The position numbers and the translations under genes are program-made. A DNA stretch of 64,000 nt from Pirellulales bacterium (GTDB lineage: Bacteria > Planctomycetota > Planctomycetia > Pirellulales > PALSA-1355), in NCBI GenBank assembly GCA_963733035.1, contig CAVTBU010000005.1, forward strand, positions 1,952,001 to 2,016,000. The letters are read 5' to 3'. A model generated the notes under the pieces. That model had not been told where the DNA came from. It ran no database searches and worked only from the letters and a program-made list of their open reading frames with translations. The stretch's first letter is position 1; each line of letters opens with the position of its first letter. Positions 10,975 to 20,723 of the stretch are shown piece after piece.

Positions 10975-11763
10975 CTAAATCTCCGCTGGCGCGAGTGCCA
11001 ACTGCTTGAGGGCCTCGAGGCTAGCCACCACGTCGTCTCGCGAGATTTCCTGCCAGCCGGCCATCTTGTGCCTGAGAATGCAGAGTTTGTAGGATTCGAA
11101 GGCATCGTTCACGTCAGGAGGCAACGGGGGCAAGCTGGCGAAAGGTCGAACGATTTCGACTGCGTCTGCCGCTTGACTGGAATAGCTCGATACGGAATCG
11201 GCCGCCTCGCGATTGCGAGTGCCAGAGTCGTCCTCGTCGCTGTCGTCGGCGTCACGTCGCTCGGGCGATTGCACGGTGCCCACGGTGCCGGTCGTCACTT
11301 CGGCTGCTTCGGCCGGTTCATCGTCCTCGTCCCAAGGCGCATCACTTGCTTGTTCTTCGCTGCTGGGCTCTTCGTCGGCGACCGCGCCGTGCGTTTCCCA
11401 ACGATTGCGGCGCATCTCGGAGATCGACCACTGGTTTTGAACGGCCCCCTCAAGCCAGAGTTCGGCGTCATCCCAATCGAGCGCTGCCTGAAAGTGGCTC
11501 CAATACAAGCCGGCGTAGTCGTCGCGGACACCGCCGAAACGCTCGAACACGCGGCGCAAACGACCCACGTGTTGCGGGGTGACATTGCCCACGCGGCGGC
11601 TCCAGGCCTCGTCAGAGTATTCGGAGGCAGGAGCATCGGCCACCACCAGGGCAGCGCGCCACTCGAAGATGATCTGGCCTTTCTCCCAGTTCGTGGTGCT
11701 GACCAGTCGTTTCCACTGGCCCAGGAATTGTTCGCTCGTCGTATCGATCAGCGCAGAATCCAT
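10975..11763 (-). CDS. Hypothetical protein with a DUF1016_N/YhcG-N-like N-terminal region and acidic linker
   Basis: NWEKGQII, HVGRLRRVFERF, LYWSHF and QWSISEMR resemble the DUF1016 N-terminal pattern; long D/E-rich tract. Confidence 0.75.
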   Translation of the reverse strand: MDSALIDTTSEQFLGQWKRLVSTTNWEKGQIIFEWRAALVVADAPASEYSDEAWSRRVGNVTPQHVGRLRRVFERFGGVRDDYAGLYWSHFQAALDWDDAELWLEGAVQNQWSISEMRRNRWETHGAVADEEPSSEEQASDAPWDEDDEPAEAAEVTTGTVGTVQSPERRDADDSDEDDSGTRNREAADSVSSYSSQAADAVEIVRPFASLPPLPPDVNDAFESYKLCILRHKMAGWQEISRDDVVASLEALKQLALAPAEI

Positions 11764-12060
11764 GCGTCGCAGTCACTACCCTGTGGAATCGGAGAATTGC
11801 CTGAACAAGCCGGCCGAAGTGTCAGCCGTCGAGCCGCGATTCTAACAGAACGCCGACGACCTACGAGCAACTTGCGAGTACGATCAAGCAATTTGCGCCG
11901 CGACGCGGCGACATAAACGGCATGCACGGCAAGGTTTCATTCGTCACTCGCCATGACTTTGCGGCGCGATGCGGTTGGGGAAAACTTGTCGATTGGCCGG
12001 CCAACCGCATCAACGTATTTCCTGGCTCGCGTCGAGCCGGCCGCAATTGGGGCACCGTGG

Positions 12061-12282
12061 TCAGGCCGACTCGGGCGCGGGAGCGGTTTCCGCCGATGTG
12101 AAGCCGCAACGATTGTGGGTTCCGTCACAGAACGGTCGCCGGCTCGATTGCCCGCAACGACACAATGCGACCGACGGCTTGTCGGGATTCACGGGAAAGA
12201 CATTCCCCTCGGCGTCGACAATCGTGACGGGACCCTCGACCAGTAAGGGCCCGTTCGGCCGAACGCGAATCGTGGTGCTCAT
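12061..12282 (-). CDS. CDGSH iron-sulfur domain protein
   Basis: NGPLLVEG and LCRCGQSSRRPFCDGTH motif; GAGGA upstream. Confidence 0.93.
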   Translation of the reverse strand: MSTTIRVRPNGPLLVEGPVTIVDAEGNVFPVNPDKPSVALCRCGQSSRRPFCDGTHNRCGFTSAETAPAPESA

Positions 12283-12408
12283 GCGAAAAGTTCCTCAACG
12301 GCTAGCGGTGGCGTGTCTAAACCGAAACGCCGCGATGCGGCGCTGGGGGAAGTGTACCGCGAATGCGGACTGAACGCCAATGCTCCGGCACATCGCGATC
12401 GCCGTTAG

Positions 12409-13581
12409 TTACCGACTCTGCCGCCCAGGAGTTTCCTGCTGCGGCGCGACGAGCAGTATTTGGACCCCTGCCTGGATCTTCGCGGCCGACTCAAGTCGAG
12501 GGGAAGCCACTCGCGGTAAAATGATCTGTTGTCCTGGACCCAAATTCGCGGGCCGTGGCACCTGCGACAGTATGTCGTCAACCTGAGAGCTGGTCGCGCG
12601 CAACAAATACAGCGACTGTAGTGGCGCGGTGCTCATCCTATCGGCAGCTTTGCCATTCCTATTCGTGGACTCGGACTCGACCGAAACCTGCTCACTTCCA
12701 CGGGGAGTCGTCAACTTCTCCCACGCGATATCATTTGCATCGAGCAATTTCTCGAATCGCTTACCGTTGAAATACTCCGCGCTTACTGAGCACACGATGG
12801 GCGATTGGGTGTCCGCCTTGACGACTCCGTTTGATTCGGAGAATAACGGCGTTGCCTTTTTTTGCAACGGCACCGTCTTAGAAGGCGAGGCATCTTGCAT
12901 CGAGCGCGCCTGGCCGCGCACAGTCGGATGACCGCCCATCTTCTCCGAATGCTGGAAAAGGTCCGCTGACGGTCGACTTGCGGGCTCTCGCGGGACTGAA
13001 CTTTCCGGCGCCGGTACCGCGCCTTTGGCATAATTGGCGACGGGTTCGCCGGAGGCCGGATGGTTGCCGAGATGGTCACGAGAGAATGCGTTAGGAGGGG
13101 ATTCAGACGCCGCACCGACGCTCGCCCCCGAACCATCTTCCCCACCGTTTTGCGAATCCAATTCGGTCGCCTCGGGCGGCGCCTGTGCGACATGCAGTTC
13201 GTCGGGGCGTTGGTTCGCGTCGTAAACTAGAATCACGAGAGCCGCGGCCACCGCCAACGCGGGCCAAATGAGCCGTCGCAGGTTCGATCTTCGTTCCCAC
13301 CAGTTGGCACTCTTGGGCACAATGGTACTATCACTGAAGTCGCCGGTTTTCGAACGCAAGACCGCCTGCTCCGCACGACGCAACACGGAAGTGGCCAGAT
13401 CTCGGTCGAGCTTGTGTTGGGGTAGCGTCTGCAAGCCAGCGCGCAGGGTCAAAAGATCATCTCGTAGCTGGCGCAATTCGGCACTTTCGGCCAGCCAACC
13501 TTCAACGCGGGTCCGCTCATCGACCGACAGCTCGTCGTCGAGATAGGCACTGAGCAGTTCTTCGCGTTCGATTTCAGTCAT
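12409..13581 (-). CDS. Membrane-anchored anti-sigma factor
   Basis: ELLSAYLDDELS..ER..VE.WL anti-sigma N-terminus, one TM helix (WPALAVAAALVILV), directly downstream of the ECF sigma gene. Confidence 0.85.
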   Translation of the reverse strand: MTEIEREELLSAYLDDELSVDERTRVEGWLAESAELRQLRDDLLTLRAGLQTLPQHKLDRDLATSVLRRAEQAVLRSKTGDFSDSTIVPKSANWWERRSNLRRLIWPALAVAAALVILVYDANQRPDELHVAQAPPEATELDSQNGGEDGSGASVGAASESPPNAFSRDHLGNHPASGEPVANYAKGAVPAPESSVPREPASRPSADLFQHSEKMGGHPTVRGQARSMQDASPSKTVPLQKKATPLFSESNGVVKADTQSPIVCSVSAEYFNGKRFEKLLDANDIAWEKLTTPRGSEQVSVESESTNRNGKAADRMSTAPLQSLYLLRATSSQVDDILSQVPRPANLGPGQQIILPRVASPRLESAAKIQAGVQILLVAPQQETPGRQSR

Positions 13582-13623
13582 GTTTTTTAGGGTCCGAGTT
13601 TTCGCCCCTGTCCCGGTAAAAGT

Positions 13624-14187
13624 TTACTTCACGTCTTCCTGCAACACGTCCTTGAGTTGTTCTCGCAACTGCAGCCGGGCGCGGTGCAGCCGGCTGCGGA
13701 TGGTTCCGACGGGCAGCCCCAGAACTTCCGCAATTTCTTCATACGTGCAGCCGTCTATTTCGCGGAGCACCAGAATTGCCCGATGCTCTTCGGAAATTCG
13801 CTCCAACCCGACCTGCACCTGAGAGGCTCGTTCCTGCCGCTCGATTCGATCACCAGGGCCCGCGCCACGATCGACCGGCTCGTGGCCAAGTTCGTCGCGG
13901 GCGTGGTCGACCGACACGGTCGGTTTTTCTCGCCGCCGCCGCGTGACGGCCATGTTGAATGCAATCCGGTAGAGCCACGTGTAAAAGGTGCTAGCCCGCT
14001 CGAATGTGTCGAGCTTGATGTAGGCCTGTACGAAGGCGTCTTGCACGGCGTCGTAGGCCAAATCGGGGGATCCCACCAAATGCACCAACGAGTTGTACAA
14101 TCGGTCCTGATATCGCGTGACCAATTGCCCAAACGCCGCACCATTGCCTGCCAGGGCGTCGTCAATGAGCTGGGCGTCGTCGTTCAC
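13624..14187 (-). CDS. ECF RNA polymerase sigma factor (RpoE-like)
   Basis: AFGQLVTRYQDRLY, D.VQDAF, FYTWLYRIAFN and LREIDGCTYEEIAEVLGLPVGTIRSRLHRAR; GTG start at 14187 with GGAG RBS. Confidence 0.93.
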   Translation of the reverse strand: MNDDAQLIDDALAGNGAAFGQLVTRYQDRLYNSLVHLVGSPDLAYDAVQDAFVQAYIKLDTFERASTFYTWLYRIAFNMAVTRRRREKPTVSVDHARDELGHEPVDRGAGPGDRIERQERASQVQVGLERISEEHRAILVLREIDGCTYEEIAEVLGLPVGTIRSRLHRARLQLREQLKDVLQEDVK

Positions 14188-14202
14188 AGCCGCTCCACCG
14201 GT

Positions 14203-14231
14203 TTGGACGCCAAGAAACCCACGAAAGTTCC
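14203..14231 (-). promoter_or_regulatory. ECF (sigmaE-type) promoter, probably autoregulatory
   Basis: Minus strand GGAACTT, 16 nt, GTCCAA, ending 15 nt before the sigma start codon. Confidence 0.7.
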
Positions 14232-14286
14232 CCGCGGGACGCCAGAAATCCGCCCGCGACGGCCAAAGAAGCGACCGTCCAACCCG

Positions 14287-14315
14287 ATTGTCGAGACCCT
14301 TGAAAGGCTTGTCAA
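14287..14315 (-). promoter_or_regulatory. Putative sigma70-type upstream promoter of the ECF operon
   Basis: Minus strand TTGACA, 17 nt, GACAAT. Confidence 0.45.
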
Positions 14316-14590
14316 ACATGGGGTCGACTGACGCCCAAGCTTTAGAGGGCGCGGTTTGGTCACTAGCGACGGTCGTGATTCCATCACCGACGACATCACA
14401 ATGAATACATTGAAATAATCACTTCAACAACAGGCCGCGAAGCCAAGCCGTCGTCCAAGAACCAAACACATTAGATAACCAGGGGAAATATCACCTAAAA
14501 TCAAAACCACGACACAGGGGCCCACGATTGGTCGCCGGAAGAACTGGCAGTGGACGCTTGGACGGTGCGATGTCCGTATCGAATCCGCGA

Positions 14591-15880
14591 CTACGGCGCC
14601 AGGGCGAGCCTTGGTTGCCAGGCAATGCCGGGGGGTTTCCGCCACAGCAGGTAGGCCCAGAGAATGATGCCCACTAGAAAAATGCCGATGCTGATGTTCT
14701 GAGAGATACTCATCCCCGTGCCAAACACGGCCGATTCGTCGATACGGATAATCTCGAGCAGAAACCGCGAGATCGGATGCAGCGTCAGGACCAGCGCGGT
14801 CAACTCGCCGTCGCGCCGCTTGAAGGGTTCATAGGCCAGAAGCAAGCCGCACAGCAAGAGTGCGTCAATGAGGCTGTAAAGTTGGGCCGGGTGCATCGGT
14901 AGGCTGCGAGGCGCTGGGCCGGCAATCACCCACTGTTTGGGTTGTGGATCCTCGGCGACGGCAACTTCGACCGTTTCGCCGTCTCCAAAGATGCTGAGCA
15001 GTCGGCCCTGGGCTTCCTGGACGCTCTTTACAGGCACGCCCCCGATTGCCACCACGTGCTCGCCTGGTAGCAAGCCCTGGCTCGCAGCGGGCGAACCGGC
15101 CTCGACGCTGGCAATTACCGGCGGAGCGTCTCCGCTGCCATCAAAGGTCAGCCCGTGTACGTACAGTGCGCCTCGCTCAACTTGGTCGATGAAGGCTGGG
15201 CTCTCCGGCGGGAACTGCACGGCCCAGGGAAGGTCGGTCAATCCGCCGTAGCAGCAGCCATTCATGAAGCAGCCGAGTCGCCCCAAACCGACTCCCAACA
15301 CGACCCCAGGGGCAATCAGATCCGAGAGAGCGAGGCCGGGCAGGTGATACTTGCGAACGAAAACAATCAGCGCCACGCCCCCGGCCAACAGCGACCCGTA
15401 AACCACCAGACCGCCTTGCGTCATGTTGATGATCGCCAGAAGCGTGCCGGCCAGCGTGGGCCGCTCAAATCGGTCCCAATACTCAATCACATAAAATGCC
15501 CGGGCGCCGATGATCCCCCAGATAAAGAACCAAGTGCCCAGCGACAGAATGATTTCCGGATTTACGCCAACTCGTTGAGCGCGAAAAACCGACAAACCCA
15601 CTCCCGCACTGACCGCAACTAGCAGCATGGCGCCATAACCGCGGATAGCCAACCCGCCGAGCCGCTCATCCATTAGGTGCGGCAGCACGAAATAGATTGC
15701 CAAGCCCACGACGAGCGCGGCGCCGATCTGGCTGCGTGTTTCACCACTCCAGCCGTGTCGTTTAAGCGACCAGCCCACCAATATGGCCGACACGACCACC
15801 CAAACGCCCAATAGCCAGCCAAAGCCAAAGACGTCGATTCCGGCCACTTGCCGCGGGATGACAAATAGTGTTTGACACAT
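14591..15880 (-). CDS. lgt: Prolipoprotein diacylglyceryl transferase with inserted PDZ-like domain
   Basis: IRGYGAML, GARAFYV, GGLVVYG, GRLGCFMNGCCYG, HPAQLY and RFLLEIIR motifs; insert V.AGSPAA.QGL.PGE.VVAIGG.PV is PDZ-like. Confidence 0.9.
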   Translation of the reverse strand: MCQTLFVIPRQVAGIDVFGFGWLLGVWVVVSAILVGWSLKRHGWSGETRSQIGAALVVGLAIYFVLPHLMDERLGGLAIRGYGAMLLVAVSAGVGLSVFRAQRVGVNPEIILSLGTWFFIWGIIGARAFYVIEYWDRFERPTLAGTLLAIINMTQGGLVVYGSLLAGGVALIVFVRKYHLPGLALSDLIAPGVVLGVGLGRLGCFMNGCCYGGLTDLPWAVQFPPESPAFIDQVERGALYVHGLTFDGSGDAPPVIASVEAGSPAASQGLLPGEHVVAIGGVPVKSVQEAQGRLLSIFGDGETVEVAVAEDPQPKQWVIAGPAPRSLPMHPAQLYSLIDALLLCGLLLAYEPFKRRDGELTALVLTLHPISRFLLEIIRIDESAVFGTGMSISQNISIGIFLVGIILWAYLLWRKPPGIAWQPRLALAP

Positions 15881-15937
15881 GGCATCTACGCTCCCAGCGT
15901 GTGAGCAGGCAAACGGGGCGTGGTCGCCCCCACTCCA

Positions 15938-16804
15938 TCAAGAAAGCATTTCGTTATCGATCAATCGCGTCGTGCCCACGCGAGCCGCCACCAGAGCCAC
16001 GGCTGGACCTTCCACTCGATCGAGTGGCGCCAGTGTGTTTGCATCACAAATCGCGACATAGTCGATTTGCATCTCGGCCGCTTGCAAGATTTCACGCATC
16101 GTTGCAAGGATGGCATCCGACGCACGAATCCCTTCGCCCACCATCTCGGCAGCCCGCTTGAGGCTTTGCGAAAGCGATCGCGCTCGGCGGCGTTCCGCCG
16201 GTGCCAGGTAGGCATTGCGCGAACTCATCGCCACGCCGTCTGGTTCGCGGATGATTGGGCAAACCGTAATTGCAATCGGTAGGTTCAGATCAGCGACCAT
16301 CCGCCGCACGACAAGCGACTGTTGATAGTCCTTGCGTCCGAAATATGCCCGATCCGGCTGAACTATGTTGAATAGCTTGAGTACGACCGTCGCCACGCCG
16401 CGAAAATGAGTCGGCCGAAATTCTCCTTCCAACGACAAGGCCGGCCCAAGCACCTCGACGCTCGTGGCGTGCTGGGAACCATACATCACGGCCGTCTCGG
16501 GTGCGAACACGACGTCGACACCGTGCTGAGCGAGCAACCGGAGATCGGCCTCGATATTCCGTGGGTATTGCGTGTAGTCCTCACCAGGACCAAACTGCGT
16601 GGGATTCACAAAAATCGTGGCGACCACGACGTCGCACTCCTCACGACAGGCATCGACCAGACTGAGGTGTCCGGCGTGCAGCGCACCCATCGTAGGCACC
16701 ACGCCAATTGTGGCGCGTTGCTCACGTGCTGCGCGAAGGTGTTCGCGCAAGGTATCGGCTGCGTGAAATAGCTGAGGGGGAGTCGTCGTTTTTGCCGTCG
16801 TCAT
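15938..16804 (-). CDS. panC: Pantoate-beta-alanine ligase
   Basis: VPTMGALHAGH, IFVNPTQF, RPTHFRGV, FGRKDYQQ, AMSSRN and RLIDN. Confidence 0.97.
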   Translation of the reverse strand: MTTAKTTTPPQLFHAADTLREHLRAAREQRATIGVVPTMGALHAGHLSLVDACREECDVVVATIFVNPTQFGPGEDYTQYPRNIEADLRLLAQHGVDVVFAPETAVMYGSQHATSVEVLGPALSLEGEFRPTHFRGVATVVLKLFNIVQPDRAYFGRKDYQQSLVVRRMVADLNLPIAITVCPIIREPDGVAMSSRNAYLAPAERRRARSLSQSLKRAAEMVGEGIRASDAILATMREILQAAEMQIDYVAICDANTLAPLDRVEGPAVALVAARVGTTRLIDNEMLS

Positions 16805-16822
16805 CAGTTGCGAAGCCGCCTG

Positions 16823-17824
16823 TTACTGCATGGCGATCATTGCCGCCGCAAGCTCGGTTAATTGTGCCTCGAAGTCGAAACTCCCTGCGCAAAGCACCGG
16901 CTGCCCGCCGCGAGCCGCCAATTGCAAGAGTTCGGGGTCAAGCGAGCGACGGAATCGACCCGGCGTGTCGCCTCGTGTGCCCACCATTGCTTCCCAGGAA
17001 TCAAGCACGACCAACAGCTTTGGCTGGGCGATTTCGTGTTGTTGTCGCCACGCCTGCTCAAACCGGGTGAAAGCATCTTTTTCCATCTCGACTCGGGCCT
17101 CCGCCAGCAATCGGTCGAGATAGAAACCGCTGATCAGCGCTCGGCCCGAGCTCCAATCGTAACCCGCCAGCATGCTTGCGGCATGGTCGAGGAATTGTAT
17201 CGGTGTCGTCGGGGCACGACCAGACGGATCGGTCCGGGACGTAACATGTTTTGCCACCGCCGTTTTCGACAGACAATCGGCCCCAACGCGAGCCGCCGCA
17301 GCTGCGGCAAGCTCCTCGGCCCGGCTGTCGAGTGATCCCAAAATGGCCACATAGGGCCGCGCACGGCGCAAGTGTTCGAGCAATCGCTCGATCGACCAGC
17401 CGACCAGCGGATGCACCATCTTCGGCGCCACCTCGGTAGCAGGTTCCAGAACAAAGCGGCGAAACGCCATCCGCGGATGCGGAATCTGCAGTTGCGGCGT
17501 GCAGATCACTTGCTCGTTGTAGAGGAGCAGGTCCAGATCGATAAGCCGGGCCTCCCATTTCTCGCCCCGCTGACGACCCAAGTCTATTTCGATCTGTTGG
17601 AGCAGCGCGTGCAACGAATCGGGAGTCAAAGACGTCTCGAAACTCGCGGCCGCGTTGAGAAACGGTGCTTGTCCGGCAGGCCCGCCGACGGGCAGGGTCT
17701 CGTGAAACGTGCTGACCGAGGGGCTGCTGATCGCGGAGTTCTGCGAGAGCCGGTCGATGGCACTCGTCAGCGCTATGTGTCGCTGGCCAAGATTTGCGCC
17801 CAGGGCAATCAGCGCTCGCGGCAT
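16823..17824 (-). CDS. folK: 2-amino-4-hydroxy-6-hydroxymethyldihydropteridine diphosphokinase with C-terminal extension
   Basis: IALGANLG, FLNAA, IE..LGR.R..KW.ARLIDLDLL and IPHPRM..RRFVLEP; about 180 extra C-terminal residues. Confidence 0.92.
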   Translation of the reverse strand: MPRALIALGANLGQRHIALTSAIDRLSQNSAISSPSVSTFHETLPVGGPAGQAPFLNAAASFETSLTPDSLHALLQQIEIDLGRQRGEKWEARLIDLDLLLYNEQVICTPQLQIPHPRMAFRRFVLEPATEVAPKMVHPLVGWSIERLLEHLRRARPYVAILGSLDSRAEELAAAAAARVGADCLSKTAVAKHVTSRTDPSGRAPTTPIQFLDHAASMLAGYDWSSGRALISGFYLDRLLAEARVEMEKDAFTRFEQAWRQQHEIAQPKLLVVLDSWEAMVGTRGDTPGRFRRSLDPELLQLAARGGQPVLCAGSFDFEAQLTELAAAMIAMQ

Positions 17825-17983
17825 GGCTGTCTATGTGGGGGGGACGATGGTGAGCGACTCGGGTCCGCATCATTGTACGGTGAGGCGGGATGCCGAAGCG
17901 AACGCTCGTTTAAACGATGGACTTGCACGTGAAGCCCAACGAGAAGCGAACAGGCGGTTGCCCCTTCGCGTAGAAAAGGATGC

Positions 17984-18120
17984 AAAAACCCAGGGGGGCT
18001 TCCGTTCCGCGACCTTTCGGCCGCCGACTGTCGATCCTTGCAGTCGTCGCCCCCAAGCTACGTTGCCTATGGGTGTTTGAGGAGCGACGGGACTTGAGCT
18101 AGCACTCAAATCGACTGCGT
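17984..18120 (-). ncRNA. Candidate structured non-coding RNA or cis-regulatory leader (family not recognised)
   Basis: Nested helices on the minus strand: ACCCA/UGGGU, GGGGGC/GCCCCC, CGACUG-loop-CAGUCG, GCGGCC-GAAA-GGUCGC and UUGAG-ugcuag-CUCAA, followed by U5. No credible ORF here. Confidence 0.5.
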
Positions 18121-18616
18121 ATCGACATATCCTGCGCAACGAAAGACCCGTTTTTTTCGAGCCAGCGCCCGCCAGATTTTATATGCCGACCTGCCGGATG
18201 AGGATTCCGCAAGGTCGTCTATGGCACCGAGAACACGATGCACTAATCGATTCACAACCGTCGCTAACCATCAAACAGAGTCACATTTTGCGTTCGTGGC
18301 GAAAAATGTCAAGCAACATTCCGTTGTGTTTTTTTTGCGCGAGATTTCCTCTTGAAACTTCGCGGTGCATGCGAACTAAACAAGTCGTCGCGCTGCCCGC
18401 ATCCGTTCAGCGATGCAGTCGATTGCGCATTGAACATCAAGCCAAGAACCTTCGTGCAGTGGAAATTCTTTCGTCAGAATTGAGAATCTCTCGATAAATT
18501 CGCGACTCCCTGCATGCGGCATGGCGACGACCGGTCCGCGCGGACTTGAACCTCGCACAAAGCGTGACTTAGGATTGCATGCTGAGTAAATTCGCTTCCT
18601 CCAGAGTGGCACGATT

Positions 18617-19468
18617 GTGGACGAACTTTCCGGCGACAAGCGCGCACAACTGCATGAAGCCCTCGCTCGCGCGCATGAGTCCTCCGCCGCCGGCTTCGCC
18701 GACGCAAACGATCCGATCGCGTTACTACAGCGGTTACTGGGACCGACACTCTGCCGCCAACTCGGCGTGTTTCATTTGCCCGAGAGCTTTTTGCTCTCGG
18801 TCGTCATTCCGGTTTACAACGAACAGCGCACAATTGAGGAAGTGATTCGACGCGTGCGCAGTTGCGGCATTCCCTGCGAATTAGTGATCGTCGACGACGG
18901 CAGCACCGATGGCACACGCGCGGTTCTGACAAAGTATCAGGACGATGCCGATGTGACGGTCGTGCTGCACGAAGTCAATGAAGGCAAAGGGGCCGCACTA
19001 AAGACGGGCTTCCTGCGAGCAACGGGCGATGTAGTCGTCGTGCAAGACGCCGACCTCGAGTACGATCCGGCCGACTACACGCGGCTGCTGCAACCGATCA
19101 TCGAAGAACAGGCCGACGTGGTGTTCGGCAGCCGGTTCATCGGCGCCAGCCACCGCGTGCTCTATTTCTGGCATTCGGCAGGCAACAAGTTCCTGACCTT
19201 GCTTTCAAACATATTCACCAACCTGAATCTAACGGACATCGAAACCTGCTATAAGATGTTTCGCCGCGAGGTCATTCAACAGATCGCCCCCACGCTCCAG
19301 GAAAAGCGATTTGGTATCGAGCCGGAACTGACGGCCAAAGTGGCTCGCATCCCTGGCGTGCGAATATACGAACGTCCAATCAGCTACTCCGGACGCACCT
19401 ACGCGCAAGGCAAAAAAATCGGCTGGCGCGACGGCTTTCGAGCCTTGTGGTGCATCCTCAAGTATTAG
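18617..19468 (+). CDS. Glycosyltransferase family 2 (DPM1-like)
   Basis: [44 protein letters not shown] and FGIEPELT. Confidence 0.94.
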   Translation: MDELSGDKRAQLHEALARAHESSAAGFADANDPIALLQRLLGPTLCRQLGVFHLPESFLLSVVIPVYNEQRTIEEVIRRVRSCGIPCELVIVDDGSTDGTRAVLTKYQDDADVTVVLHEVNEGKGAALKTGFLRATGDVVVVQDADLEYDPADYTRLLQPIIEEQADVVFGSRFIGASHRVLYFWHSAGNKFLTLLSNIFTNLNLTDIETCYKMFRREVIQQIAPTLQEKRFGIEPELTAKVARIPGVRIYERPISYSGRTYAQGKKIGWRDGFRALWCILKY

Positions 19469-19594
19469 GCAGCGAATTTCCTACGCACGGCTGTGCTGGC
19501 GCAGACCAAATTGCGCAGACCGATATAATTCCGTCAGCCAAATGTGCTCTCGCGCGTCTTGCTGACACCCTTCACCCCTGGCCGAGGATCGAAC

Positions 19595-20704
19595 GTGATC
19601 GTTGGAGTGCCCAAGGAAATCAAGCGCGACGAGTATCGTGTTGCTCTTCTCCCCGTCGGCGCCGAGGAACTGGTTCGCGCGGGTCACCGCGTGCTCGTGG
19701 AACAGGGAGCCGGGCTTGGATCCGGCCTTACCGACCAGCAATATGCTCGGGCGGGTGCGGAATTGGTTGCGTCCGCGTCCGAAGTTTTCGGGACTGCCGA
19801 CATGGTCATTAAGGTCAAAGAGCCGCTCGAATGCGAATGGCCGCTGCTACGGCCGGGACAAATCGTCTTCACTTACTTTCATTTCGCGGCCGACCGCAAG
19901 CTGACCGAGGCCGTGCTCGCGTCGGGGGCGACCGCGGTGGCCTATGAGACCCTGCGCGACGAACGTGGCCACTTGCCCTTGCTTACACCCATGAGCGAGG
20001 TGGCCGGTCGCATGAGTATTCAGGAAGGTGCGAAGTATCTTGAACGCCCGCAAATGGGACGAGGCATTCTGCTCGGCGGCGTGCCGGGCGTGGCGCCGGC
20101 ACACATCACGATCCTGGGCGGGGGCATCGTCGGAGCGAATGCCGCCAAAGTGGCCGCGGGCTTCGGTGCCGACATTGGCCTCTTGGACATCAACATGGAC
20201 CGCCTGCGCTATCTCGACGACATCATGCCCGCCAACGTCGACGTGCTGTTCAGCGACCGACATACGATTCGCGAACAGCTCGAACGGGCCGACCTGGTAA
20301 TCGGCGCGGTGCTTATTCCCGGCGCCAAGGCTCCCCGGCTGATCGAGCGCGAGGACCTGAAGAACATGAAACCCGGCAGCGTGATTATTGACGTGGCAAT
20401 CGACCAGGGGGGCTGTGTGGGCACCAGCCATCCCACGACACACAGCGAACCGACATTCATTGTTGATGAAGTCGTGCACTACTGCGTCACCAACATGCCG
20501 GGTGCCGTCGGTCGCACGAGTACGTATGCCTTATGCAACGTAACGCTGCCCTGGGCACTAGCCATTGCGAACCGTGGCATCGAGCACGCGGCGCGAGAGC
20601 TCAAGCCGGTCGCACACGCGGTGGATATCATGGCAGGCGAAGTCACGAACGCGGCCGTGGCCCAAACGTTCGATCTACCGCTCAGCAATCGCTTCGCGTC
20701 GTAA
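19595..20704 (+). CDS. ald: Alanine dehydrogenase
   Basis: IVGVPKEIK..EYRVAL, KVKEP, FTYFHFAA, LLTPMSEVAGR, LGGGIVG, DVAIDQGG and NMPGAV. Confidence 0.97.
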   Translation: MIVGVPKEIKRDEYRVALLPVGAEELVRAGHRVLVEQGAGLGSGLTDQQYARAGAELVASASEVFGTADMVIKVKEPLECEWPLLRPGQIVFTYFHFAADRKLTEAVLASGATAVAYETLRDERGHLPLLTPMSEVAGRMSIQEGAKYLERPQMGRGILLGGVPGVAPAHITILGGGIVGANAAKVAAGFGADIGLLDINMDRLRYLDDIMPANVDVLFSDRHTIREQLERADLVIGAVLIPGAKAPRLIEREDLKNMKPGSVIIDVAIDQGGCVGTSHPTTHSEPTFIVDEVVHYCVTNMPGAVGRTSTYALCNVTLPWALAIANRGIEHAARELKPVAHAVDIMAGEVTNAAVAQTFDLPLSNRFAS

Positions 20705-20723
20705 TTCGAACGCCCGACCGTGC

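Noticed and set aside
19499..19529. Direct repeat GCGCAGACC x2 next to TATAAT upstream of ald
   Set aside because: Could be an operator, but two 9-mers in GC-rich DNA are too weak without comparative data.
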